Source: Octopus sinensis (lineage: Eukaryota). Taken from it: a stretch of 64,000 nt of DNA. The number at the start of each line of letters is the position of its first letter. Within the stretch, counting starts at the first letter, position 1. Positions 27,550-39,935 of this stretch are shown here, piece by piece. The stretch spans positions 310,001 to 374,000 of the forward strand of contig NC_042997.1 in the NCBI RefSeq assembly GCF_006345805.1, given 5' to 3'. A model generated the notes under the pieces. The model had not been told where the DNA came from and ran no database searches. It saw only the letters and a program-made list of their open reading frames with translations. A program made the position numbers and the translations under genes.

Positions 27550-28613
27550 ATATATATTGGAAGATAGCTAAGTGGATAGATTGAGGAATTGATAGACACA
27601 TGATAGACAGATAACTAGATAGATATGTCGGTAGAGAGATAGATAGATTCAGATAGACAGACATATTGATATATAATATGCTAGAGAGAAGATAGAAATA
27701 GATAAATCGATAGATAGCTGAATAGACGGATAGGTATAAAGTTTGTTAGAAAGATAAAAATGTAGATTGCTAATTTGGGAAGAGTTTAGAGATATAGGTA
27801 GATATATAAATGGTGAGGTGGAAGCATGGTTACATACATAGATAGACACATGGATACATTGACAGATACAAGATAGACCGAGGTTGATAGGTAGATAGGG
27901 AGATGGATAAAGAAATAGAAAATAAATAGAGTCTTTGAACATATTTATGAAATTATTAATATTCTGTCCGATTAACGAAATATCGCTTATTTTTTATATT
28001 TTAATTTTAATGGAAACATGATACATGTTTGTGAGGATTTATCGATTCGATTATATTGAAAATTAGAATTTTCTCTTTAGTTCTTTAAGTTTGTATATTA
28101 TTGCTCTTATCTCACTATATAACGCAAATGGTTGTTAAATCCTAAAATACCTGACTTGACTTGAGTGTTTAAGATAAAGAAGTGTTTTAAAAACGTTTTG
28201 ACCAAAAACATAATTAAATATTTATTTCGCTATAACCAGTGCACTGAGATGGGAAGATGGTAAGTGTTTCAGGTGAATATTAAAATCCGATGCCCTAGGG
28301 TATATAAAGATTGTAAATATAGATTACTATTACCTTATAGGTAAAATCTCGCAACGTGGATTTACGTAGTAATGGCGGAATAATTGTGCAAAAAGAAACT
28401 CACAAAGCAGACAAATTAACTTGATTTGGTTAATGGGATGGAATTAATATTTAATACATAATGTGGAACTTTGACACATAATACCACGCGGGAATTAGAC
28501 AGAATTTATCTTCACTTTTTTACATCATTTATTATGTTTCTCTTTTCACAGCGTTGAAATGTAGCGGCAGGATTTTCAAGTATATTCTGGAAATAACGAT
28601 ATATATATATATA

Positions 28614-28695
<82 letters not shown>

Positions 28696-29609
28696 GAATG
28701 TGTGTTTCTGGGAGGTGTGCAGTATGTGATTAAGTATTAACATGAAAGATAGACTGAAATATATTTTTCGCCTTTGCTCTCTCGTACTCTGTGTTTATCG
28801 TTTTCCCTTTCTTTATCTGTCTATCTATGCATACTTTATATGCTCTTTCGCCTCCAGATAATAGAATCGATTGAAGCAGCACCTGGACTTGGCAAGAGGG
28901 AACATTTAAATGGTTGATCACCTTTTAGAAATGGTATCACTATTTCCTTCAAATTACACACTACCTTTTAAAATAAGAATCACATTATATAATATAGACT
29001 AATGAGCCACAAAAAGGTATACTGCTCACAGATGGAGAGGCGTGGTAGTGGCTTTTTATAAAAATTCTGCTCAGTCGTATTTGCCCTTGATCTAATCATT
29101 GTCTAAAATCCGCGCCTGGGTATTAATTTTTCTTTTGGTGTGTTGGGTATTTTGGGTACATTATGGATCTGTTGATTTGTTAGCGGGTATCAGTTTGTTT
29201 GTATGTGATGTTAGGAGAGAATACTGTGTACATGTACCCGTGTGTCGTTATTTCTGAGCCACAGCTGGTTCATCAGATCGGGTTTCGGTCATGAAACAAG
29301 AGTTATACACTACATACTGATTGCAATGCATCGATTCCAAGTCCATTGAGGGATCATAGTAAGAAAATTAGTTATTGTCATATTCCTTACAAGTCATAGA
29401 CAAGTTGTGACTATGATGTTAATTGTTGGAATAAAAAGGAATATGAGTAAATAATAAATTATTATATAGTGAGTAGAAAATAGGGAGGGAAAATTCTAAT
29501 TAATTATTATTATGCGGGAAGGAAAAAATAACTAATATCGATTTTCGGTGATCTTGACTAGTGAGGTGGTGACCACTCCAGACATATTTCAGTCTTGTGC
29601 CGTTCTAAG

Positions 29610-29795
29610 GCGCCGAGCTAGCAGAATCGATAACATGGTATTTTGTTCTAAGTTCAAATTCCGCCGAGGTCGACTTTGCCTTTCATCCTTTCAGGGTCGA
29701 TAAATTAAGTGCCAGTTGTGTACTGTGGTCGATCTAATCGATTGGTTCTCTCCCCCAAAAGTTCAGGCCTTGTGCCTATAATAGAAAGGATTAGT
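29610..29795 (+). mobile_element. tRNA-derived SINE with gcctttcatcctttcagggtcgataaa domain
   Basis: gagctagcagaatcg A box, gttcaaattcc B box; central domain shared with 12575. Confidence 0.8.
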
Positions 29796-29828
29796 CTTAT
29801 CCCGTTCTTTCAGCAAAGCATAACCCAC

Positions 29829-30042
29829 GGGCATATGGTGTAGTGGTTAAGAGCGCGGGCTACTAACCCCAAGATTTCGAGTTCGATTTTTAGAACAACA
29901 ACTTAGAAAAATACCTTAGGAATGAGAACCCAGGTTCGAAATTTCCCCAAGACACCTGATGAATGCAGGAGGGGCTTTCAGCGGACACGCTGTGTTAACA
30001 ACATACAAAACGAAGACAAATATCTGTCAAATGTAAATAATG
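29829..30042 (+). mobile_element. tRNA-headed non-autonomous element with decayed hammerhead-like tail
   Basis: A box tggtgtagtgg, anticodon-arm-like ggg-ctactaa-ccc, B box gagttcgattt; downstream GACAC-CTGATGA...GTGTT at 29951-29996. Confidence 0.55.
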
Positions 30043-30254
30043 AAAATAAAGCATAACCTTATCCTCATTTGCTACAATGGCGGTAAAAGACTCACAATAT
30101 TGCTGTACGATATTATAACTGAGTGGCAATTAATAATTGTCTCATTCTAAGTATGAGTAAATACGATCTGTAAAGTCTAAAAGTAACAAGGTAATGTCTA
30201 ATTTCCGAGACCGAGTTAATTGCAGTGTTGAATTCCAGACATCATGTAAATATA

Positions 30255-30410
30255 TTGTCACTTAGCGGTTCGGCAAAAGAGACCGATAGAATAAGTACTG
30301 GGCTTACAAAGAATAAGTCCCGGGGTCGATTTGCTCGACTAAAGGCGGTGCTCCAGCATGGCCGCAGTCAAATGACTGAAACAAGTAAAAGAGTAAAAGA
30401 GTAAAGAGTA
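30255..30410 (+). mobile_element. 3' half of CORE-like SINE
   Basis: cttagcggttcggcaaaagagaccgatag...ctgaaacaagtaaaagagtaaaagag; reverse complement of 33805-33960. Confidence 0.8.
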
Positions 30411-31833
30411 TATCACCTTTCTTTTTCTGATCATTTCGAAATGCATTAAAACTGAGTGTAAATTAGCTCTGATTATGTGACGCATTTACAGACTGTTCTC
30501 ACATACGTACAAACGTCCATTCATATATATATTGAGTGGTTGTTTAGCCAGCTAAAACTAAGTCTTCTTTGAAATCAAATCATACACTTTTGTATTTTAA
30601 TATAGACACGTCTGAAACATCTTTGATCATAAGGTGCTGCATGAGAGCTTTCTTTAGTATAAGCAACAGCAACAACATTCGTACACGTACTGGCGTGCAT
30701 GCGCGTCAATAAGAAGTGTAGCGTATCTTGGATTCCTTCTGAACGTCACTACACATCTCTTTATTTATACTTGATTTTTTTTCTTGCATTCACACACAAG
30801 AGCTAGTTACAAAAATGCTGTTAAAAGAAACATGCAAGTAACAGGAATATATTAATGTAGTATACTTATCAGCTGCTGTTCATTAAATATATCAAGTTTA
30901 TTTCTATGCGGTATGGTGCTGATGCTAAAGTAATAGACAGTAATACCACTCACGCAAAAGGGTGCATTCGAATGAGTATAAAGAAAAAGAAATAAAAAAC
31001 AAAACAAAACATTTAAGCAGTTGAATGCATTAATATATTCCAGTACAAGAAATACTATTCGAACAACTCCATAAAACAACAACAACAATAACTAAAAACA
31101 ACCATAACTAAAACAACATCCATTAAAGGCAAAAATAGTTATTTGGGGCGAAAGGAAACTCTGTAGGTAATTATGTCAGTAGATATCAATACTTCATTTA
31201 AAATTTGTAGAAAAGAAAATATTTATAGTACACTGTCTCAAAATTGACATATTTTCGACGTGGATCATTGGTATACATTTGTCACATAATCATTGAAGCC
31301 ATTTGTGATGTTAAAAGGTATTTAAATTGAGGAGTTGTCAGGCAAAGAATGAAACTACCTACAAAATTCACCCTATCAAAACAGGAATGGAAACATGTAA
31401 AGCTTTTACAAAATTTCAGCGACATATATACATTATAACTCTGATTCAAAGTTAAAAAGCGGGTCTTTCTTTAAAGGAAGAATTCATTTAACTTAAAATA
31501 AAGAAGAAAATAAACGCTGCTCTTTTGCCTTTATTTCCCCTTTGTCGACTTTACCTTGAAGAACTCTGTACGAAACGTTAGGTTCTCTACACCTCACTAT
31601 ATGTTTTTTGGCAATTTTACAAGTACTACAAATCTTGATGCCGCAGACCAACACCAATCTAACTGGATTCTGATTGATCTGAGATAAGTGCAGTGTGTGT
31701 GTGTGTGTGTTTGTGCGTGTGTGTTTGTGTGTTTGTGTCTATGTGTGCTTTGTAGCGTGACATTTATGCAAATCTGAAATTTCAATCGATGGTAAATCAC
31801 AGACCATCGTACTTTCACAAACACACACACACA

Positions 31834-31895
<62 letters not shown>

Positions 31896-32579
31896 ATTAT
31901 ATATATATATATATGTATAAAATAATGATGAAACACTATATAATGTTTGTCTTATGCTATATGCATAATGTAGAATTATGTAAATTAGGTAAATATCTGA
32001 ATAAGTTTTATGCATACATTTCTTTTCGATTCCCCGTGTGGTTTGTTAATTATACTTTCTTTTAAACAGAAGCAAATTATTTATTTCATAGGAAGATGGC
32101 GAATTGTAACCTTTAAAATTATATAAGGTGCTGTCACTTTCATTGAATATGGAGAAATATATGTCTCTGTGTAATAATGGCCAATACAAATGTTGGTCGG
32201 TTGATTTTCGCTAATCACGCATTACATCACATATAGAGTGAGAGCGCAGAGTAGAGTGTAAAGGAGAGTTGCTGAAAGAGGAATTTAACACAGGAGAGGC
32301 TGGATGAGTGGAGAGAATCATAGTGGCTGTAAAGAAGAGGAGAGGAAGTAAATGAGCGAGTACTCATAGAAAAAGTAATATAAATGAGAATTTTTTCTTC
32401 ATTTTTTTTTAATGTATATTTGTCCTTTGGAAATTAGAATGCAATCCATCATTTTGCATAAGCAAAATTTGATAAAAGATAAATTATAATTACTGTATAC
32501 ATGGCATATATTCTGATGTTTCCCTTGCTAACAAAACAAAAGTATACTGTCACAGTTACCCGCCATATGATGCGTATGT

Positions 32580-32609
<30 letters not shown>

Positions 32610-32616
<7 letters not shown>

Positions 32617-32997
32617 AAAGGGCTTAGTAAAATAAATTACTTTGCCGCATACTGAACGCATTAGAAATAGCAGCTAAAAAACTTTTTTAAGGCTATTTCT
32701 AATACTTAAAGAAAATCTCTCTCATATATAGTGTTTGCTTAATTCAACTCACAAAAGTTTGGGGGTAAGGACATCGAAAAATCAAATGCTAAGGTTATTC
32801 CTTAGCATTTGAATACCTTAGCATTTGATTTTTCGATGTCCTTACCCCAAACTTTTGTGAGTTGAATAAGCAACACTATATATGAGAGAGATTTTCTTTA
32901 AGTATTAGAAATAGCCTTAAAAAAGTTTTTTAGCTGCTATTTCTAATGAGTTCAGTATGCGGCAAAGTAATTTATTTTACTAAGCCCTTTTATATAA
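32610..32997. repeat. Long near-perfect palindrome (arms 32610-32795 / 32815-32997)
   Basis: By-eye alignment shows 1 substitution and 3 single-base indels over about 185 bp; 19-bp spacer. Confidence 0.95.
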
Positions 32998-33101
32998 TGT
33001 AATAATTTGAATTCGCCTTGAATGGTCCCTTGCATACTGAACACTTGGTGAAATTGATTAATAATTATTATTTTGCCCTCAATTGTTGAAATTATATATA
33101 T

Positions 33102-33145
<44 letters not shown>

Positions 33146-33197
33146 ATATACATATACATATGCGTATATAGATACGTATATGTACATACATCTATAC

Positions 33198-33255
<58 letters not shown>

Positions 33256-33804
33256 GTGGGCACAGGACGTCATGAAACGTGTACAACAAAAAAATGCGAA
33301 GTTCGAGTACATGGAATATGAACTATTTTTTCGAACAACAAAAGACACAAATGGAAAACAGGTCAAACAACATAAAGAACGAGACTTCATCAGTTGCTGG
33401 CTGTATTTCTACTCTCGTATTTCGAGCATTTAACAACAATATACGCTTTCGGTAAAGCAGTTGCTCCCGTAAGGCAAATTGAAATCAAAATTGGAGATTT
33501 TGCGGAGGGTCAAAATTGGTAACACAAGCAGGATAGTGAAAACAAACAGGAAGGGCTACTAAGCTCAAAGGAGGTTGTGGTGGCGAACGCGTAAATCAAG
33601 CTTGGAAGGAGACAGACAAGAAAACATCTTCCTTGTTTCTTGTTCCAGAAAAAATAGTTCATATTCCATATAATCGTACTTCGTACACACACACACATAC
33701 ACACACATGTATATATACGTATAGGTGTAAGTACGTACATATACGTATGTATATAAGCATATATATATATACATATGTATAAGTGAGCGTGTATATATAT
33801 ATAT

Positions 33805-34140
33805 TCTTTATTTTATTCTTTTTACTTGTTCCAGCCATTTGACTGCAATCATACTGGAGCATTGCCTTAAAAGGAGTTAGTTTTTGAGGACTCATTCTTT
33901 GTAAGCCTAATACTTATTTTATCATGTCTTTTGAGGAAACGCTAGGTTACGGAGACACAAACACACCAGCATCGGTTGTCAAATGATAGTTGGGGGACAA
34001 AAAGACACACAAATACACACACTCACACACACACACACACATACATATATCTATATATATATTATAGGCTTCTTCCAGATTCCGTCTACCTAATTCACTC
34101 ACAAGTATTCGGTCGTCCCGAGGCTATAGCAGAAGACACC
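33805..34140 (-). mobile_element. CORE-like SINE, 5'-truncated
   Basis: Contains both the 30255-type 3' half and the 53180-type body in reverse complement. Confidence 0.8.
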
Positions 34141-34746
34141 CTATCATTATTATCGGGATGAAATGGAAAGTAGATGAACAGAGAAAATGACATACGTACT
34201 ATAGATATATATGGTGGTATCTCGTAGATACCCTAATTTATAATTTTAATAATTATTACTTTTGAAGGTTATTTTTTCCATGCTGGCCACTTGATAAAAT
34301 CGTTATTTTATTTTAAATTAACAATCTTATCCTTATTTATAAAAATTTAAATTTATTTCTTCACTGTATTTACTGCGGTGATATTTTAACCATATCTCAC
34401 ATGGAATTAAACGGCGAGCATTTTGAACTGGTCATGATGCATACGTGCATATATATGTATGTATACGTTCGTATATGTAAGTACTCGTATGTTGTATTTA
34501 TATATATGTATGTATTTATGTTTCTGTTCTGTGTGTATTCTACTGACGAGGCAAAGCATTCCTAAATGCATAATCAGAAATCCGGGATCTAGAATTATCC
34601 AGTATTTTTTTACTAGCTTCATCTTGCCTCTTTGTTTTCACTCCGCGTTTGTGATATGGACAATTAAGGTGGTTTTAGAGTCAGATCATGGCTGCTATTT
34701 TCAGCATGGTGGTATCTCGTAGATACCCTAATTTATGATTTTAATA

Positions 34747-34784
<38 letters not shown>

Positions 34785-34931
34785 GGTTAAGTAATTGAGA
34801 TTCTAGAGAATTCTAAAGAATTCACATGAATATGGTCCTTAACTAGGATGCACCGGATATCTATATGGTGTTAGCCATACGACAAGTTGGGTGATTATAA
34901 ATAGGAAAAAAGCAACAAGAATGGATTAAAA

Positions 34932-35019
34932 TCTCGGTACGATCGTTTCGTACGAGGACATCTTTAATAAGCTACAAAAAATGCAGTGAATACAGATGGC
35001 TCGTACTCGTCAGCCGAAA
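34932..35019 (-). ncRNA. Type I hammerhead ribozyme candidate (left arm)
   Basis: Minus strand: CUGACGA core, stem II GUACGAG/CUCGUAC, GAAA, palindromic stem III ACGAUCGU, GUA site, stem I UUUCGG/CCGAGA. Confidence 0.75.
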
Positions 35020-35484
35020 AAATATCAGAGAATTCCCAAACATCAAAAGGGGTAGATATAAAAGAGGTTGTAGGATTAACTGCATTGAAGAAAGTTCGAT
35101 TCATGGAGATCTGATGAAAGGTTTTAAACCTATAGAATTTATGCATGTCTACATATAGCTCATATTGAATATTTGATCAAGTTGTATGAAGAAATTTTCG
35201 GATACAGTCATGCAAAATTTCTGAAAATCCGACTTTCCTCTACATGATGTGGCAGTCACTTTGCCTCTTACTCGGATTTTCAGAAATTTTGCATCACTGT
35301 ATCCGAAAATTTCTTCATACAACTTGATCAAATATTCAATATGAGCTATATGTAGACATGCATAAATTCTATAGGTTTAAAACCTTTCATCAGATCTCCA
35401 TAAATCGAACTTTCTCCAATGCAGTTAATCCTACAACCTCTTTTATATCTACCCCTTTTGATGTTTGGGAATTCTTTGATATTT

Positions 35485-35572
35485 TTTCGGCTGACGAGTA
35501 CGAGCCATCTGTACTCACTGCATTTTTTGTAGCTTATTTAAGATGTCCTCGTACGAAACGATCGTACCGAGA
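35485..35572 (+). ncRNA. Type I hammerhead ribozyme candidate (right arm)
   Basis: CTGACGA 35491-35497; stem II 35498-35504/35548-35554; GAAA 35555-35558; ACGATCGT 35558-35565; predicted cleavage after A35566; stem I 35485-35490/35567-35572. Confidence 0.75.
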
Positions 35573-35599
35573 TTTTAATCCATTCTTGTTGCTTTTTTC

Positions 35600-35630
<31 letters not shown>

Positions 35631-35725
35631 AATTTATAAATAAGGATAATATCGATATTCAAATATCGATATTATCAAGTGGCCAGCATGGGAAAAATAC
35701 CATACAAACGTAATAATTTTTTTAC

Positions 35726-36023
35726 AACTAAAAATAAGGGCATCTGAGAGACACCACCGTGCCAAAATAGCAGTCAAAACCCTGACTCTAAGAACCACGC
35801 TAAATGTTCATATCGCACCATGAGATAAGACAGAGGGACAAAATAGACTGAATTACTGAATAAGTCAAGATCCTGGATTTCTAGCTTTGCTTTAAATAAG
35901 CTTTCTCTCATCAGTTGAATAAATCAGATAGGCACATATGAACATTTAACGTGGTTCTTAGAGTCAGGGTTTTGACTGCTATTTCGGCATGGTTGTGTCT
36001 CTCAGACACCCTTATTTTTAGTT
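35726..36023. repeat. Inverted repeat (88-bp arms 35726-35813 / 35936-36023)
   Basis: By-eye reverse-complement match of roughly 90%. Confidence 0.85.
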
Positions 36024-36052
36024 ATATATATATATAAATATACATATGTATA

Positions 36053-36100
36053 CTAGCAGATATATCCGGGGTTGCTCGGGATTAAAATAGGATAGATTTT
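36053..36100 (-). mobile_element. Isolated Helitron-like 3' terminus
   Basis: Minus strand: cccgagcaaccccggatatatctgCTAG|T, similar to the 19006-19034 terminus. Confidence 0.45.
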
Positions 36101-36464
36101 TATTGTTTTACTTACTTTTTATTGTTTTACTTACTTGCTGTGACTGCGGCCATGCATCACCTTTAATCATAGACATTGAAAACAGGATTTATTTTTCGTA
36201 CGCATAGTACCTATTCTATCGGTGTGTTTTGCAAACGGCTAAGATATGGAGATGTAAACACACGAACATTGGTAGTCAAGTGATGGGTGGGATGGGTGGG
36301 GGAACAAACACGGACACGCAAATACACACACACACATCTATATACACATGTATACATATAAATATATATATATCTATATACATAAAAGCATATATGTATA
36401 TATATATATATATATATAGATCTATATCTATATGCATAAAAGTATATATATACGTACATATATA

Positions 36465-36519
<55 letters not shown>

Positions 36520-36523
36520 ATAC

Positions 36524-36622
<99 letters not shown>

Positions 36623-37155
36623 ATATAGTTATCGCTAAGGATTATTTACCAAATTTCAGTGGAATACATCCACTGGTTTTCAAAAATAGAAATATTAAAA
36701 TTTCTAAGTCTCTCTAAAGTAGACTACGGCAGCGGTACTGGAAATTAACAGTTATCGCCATGCTAATATGCCAGTCCATACATATAAGACTAAAGTTGCC
36801 GTTGATTAGCTCCAAGAGGCCATCGCCTCTAGCTAGCTATATGACCGAAACATAACAAAACGATAAAGGCTCGGAATGAAACCGTTATTGGTCAGACGAG
36901 GGGCAAACTAAAGGTTTAGAAGCAGACAAAGACAACTGTTAATAATATAATAATACATATGCAAAAAAAAAAAGCTTTGGAGCTGCAAGACATGACACAA
37001 ATGGATAAGGCGAAGGAGAAGCCAAATCTAAATGACTATAGACACGGGAGAGGTAGACCGAGGAGACAGAAAATCGTCACCAGTTCGGACGAAGGCAACG
37101 CGAAAAAGAATGAAACCGCCTTAGGTCGTCACGGGTCACGTGATAGTGGGAAGAC

Positions 37156-37218
<63 letters not shown>

Positions 37219-37606
37219 GAGAGAAAGAGACAAAAAAATTAAGAGAAAACAAAGTAAAGGAAATAGACAGAGAGGCACAAATGTATTCCAAAAATATTTC
37301 TACAAATGGGTAAAAAATTAAGGAGTACGTGCGTTACATAAATAATATTTTCAATAGAATGATGTGGTGTACACGCGCATCTGCATGTATGTTTATAGAT
37401 ATGTGTGTGTGAGTGCTGGTGCTTTTGGAGAAAGAAAGTTAAAACGTAGATACAGAAAGGGGTATGATTTACTCTTCGTTGTCTTCAGAACGAATGAAAG
37501 AAATACTACCGCGAACATCACCACTGCCATCTCCACTGCCATCTCCACTGCAACAAGAACTACCAGATAAACAACTGCTGCCAGCAACAGCAACACCACC
37601 ACCACC

Positions 37607-37652
<46 letters not shown>

Positions 37653-38229
37653 ATACTACTACTACTTAAAATGGTAGTAATGATATAGAATAGAGAATTG
37701 AAAGAGTAGAAGTGAAGAACATGAGGTAAAGCATACGTTCTAAGAAATAATCTCCTGAGAAAACGATTGATGGATTAATCATTTAGATAATAGCCGTAGT
37801 CGTGGAAATTCTACGGTTAGATGATGGGAAGTTTATAAACAACTATTGTAATATATAACTTATTTTCATAGTGCATTCAGTTTTCGAAGCAGTTAATTCT
37901 TGAGATGGTGTCATAGTTCTCATACGCAGTGTTAAAAATACAGTCATAGGAGAAAACAATTTTGAAAACCATATATTGTGTTATACACTTGTCACCTTAC
38001 GAGCTGTAATCTATTATTTTTCATTTACGTCTAACAGTAAACAATTGCATTATGCTAATATTATGCTGTGACTACGATTACACTCGTAAAGCATTAACAA
38101 ATATCACATCCTTACGTCATAACTTTGATATCATAGCAAAGTTCATATAAATAGACGTGAATCCGTGGAATATATTATAGTAGCTGATTCACTAAAGTGT
38201 AGATTATGAAGTTCATATTTATATACATT

Positions 38230-38460
38230 TTTACTACCCACAAGGGGCTAAATACAGAGGGGACAAACAAGGACAGACATAGGGATTAAGTCGATTACAT
38301 CGACCCCAGTGCGTAACTGGTACTTTATTTATCGACCCCGAAAAGATGAAAGGCAAAGTCGACCTCGGCGGAATTTGAACTCGGAACATAACGACAGACG
38401 AAATACGGCTACGCATTTCGCCCAGCGTGCTAACGTTTCTGCCAGCTCGCCGCCTTTAAA
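38230..38460 (-). mobile_element. tRNA-derived SINE, same family as 12575
   Basis: Reverse complement aligns end to end with 12575-12806. Confidence 0.85.
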
Positions 38461-38899
38461 AAGCTCATATTTATAATATTGGTTCAGGCATAGGTGTATA
38501 AACAAATGATACGATTCGAGGCTATGTGGTTCTAGATATGGCCATACTGTGTACAACTCTGGTAAAAGATTTTTATTATAGTCTCAGGTTGATTAACGCT
38601 TTAGATGAAATGCAGTAGGCAGAATCTGCTTGGAAGCAAGCCCCTCTATGTATGTATCTCTCTTCTATTTTTCTAATTATTATAAATCTTCCACTGAGGA
38701 GGGAGCCGGTTTCCAAGAAAGATATAAGGCTCCATCTCTGGGATGTTGTTAACACATAGAAATTCCCATTTGGAACTTGAGGAAAGTCTTACATATTTTA
38801 CTGTTCCACTCATAGATTGAAATTGTGATGTACAAATTAGCCAGTCGATTTCTCTTCGATGTATATATGGATGTATATATATATATATATATATATATA

Positions 38900-39935
38900 G
38901 TGAGAATTTACAAAAAAAAAGCAAAAGACGAAGACGGGTGTGTAAATAACAAACAGATGTATTAGTTTAACGCTCGGGAAGTGAGAAAGTATTTTACGTT
39001 TCGAGCCTATACTCTTCGACAGAAAGGAACACAGAAATAAACAGGGACATAAAATAGAAAAAGGTTTAGTGGCTAGCGATCTATCATGGCGAATGCCGGA
39101 CTGAAGGGTCACATAGGAGAGCTAGGAAAAGAGGGAGATAATAATGTTGACAACAAAACGAAGGTGCACGTGCGTGTGTATGTGATAGCGTGTATGTGCA
39201 TATAGAAGGGCGCTGGTGACATTGGCGTGTGCATGTGTGTGGATGATGGTGCCGGTGCTGGGAAGTGGTCAGTGCTAGTGTGTGCGGGGTGGTGTGGTGT
39301 GTTGTTGTATAGTGTGGTAGTATGTGGTGTAGGGTGTGGTGTGGGGTGTTGTGTGGTGGTGTTGGGTTAGGGGTGAGGCGAGAGTGGGGAAGCAAGGGTG
39401 GTGTCTAATGGGGTGGGTGGTAATTGTTGTATAAGGATGGTGAGTTTTGTCTGTTTAGGGGTGGGTTAACGAGGGAGGGGTGACTATGATTGGAGAGGGT
39501 GGAAGGGACCAGGTGGGTAGGAGTCAAGAGAGGAAGAGAGTTGAGCCCATTTGAGGCAAAGGAGTGAAGAGAAGATTAATCTCTACTCACGGCAAAGACG
39601 GGTGTCCGGATGTCCCTTGTGCAAGGACAATCCGAACACAGGCAAGTGTTGTAAAGAATGACTGGTAGGGATGGTAGGTGAGGGGAAACGGGAGACGGGT
39701 GACGGCAAGTGCGGTGTGGATAGTGGTGAGGGGATATCCACGTAAGAGGAAATGGTGAGCCATGAGTTGAGACTGAGTATCAAAGTCATGGTTTTATTTG
39801 CAGAGCCTGCGTAGACGGAGGAATTGGGAGTAGAGGATGCAGAGCTTGCTGTGTTTCCCTTCAGGAAATGAGTGCTGCTATAGTCAATATTAGTGTCAAA
39901 CATACCTGTAATTGTTGGCTTAGTAGACGACACTT
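38900..39935 (-). mobile_element. Penelope-like element 3' portion (RT thumb, partial GIY-YIG end, terminus)
   Basis: LYSQFLRLRRLC..FDTQSQLMAHHFLLRGYP on minus strand; 39540-39680 matches 20140-20290; terminus matches 1474-1697. Confidence 0.8.

Larger units (their letters stand above)
34896..35608. repeat. Long palindrome (337-bp arms, 39-bp spacer), PLE-terminus-like
   Basis: 34896-35232 is the reverse complement of 35272-35608 with about 6 mismatches. Confidence 0.95.

Noticed and set aside
29829-29890. Possible tRNA-Ser(ACT) gene
   Set aside because: No acceptor stem closure or variable arm, and it runs into repeat sequence; treated as a SINE head.
34537-34580. CTGACGA-GG..CC-TAAA-TGCAT hammerhead-like motif
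   Set aside because: G12 replaced by U and stems I/II are poor; at best a dead relic.
35111-35140. CTGATGA followed by AGGTTT/AAACCT hairpin in the palindrome arm
   Set aside because: No GAAA after the stem and no stem I or III.
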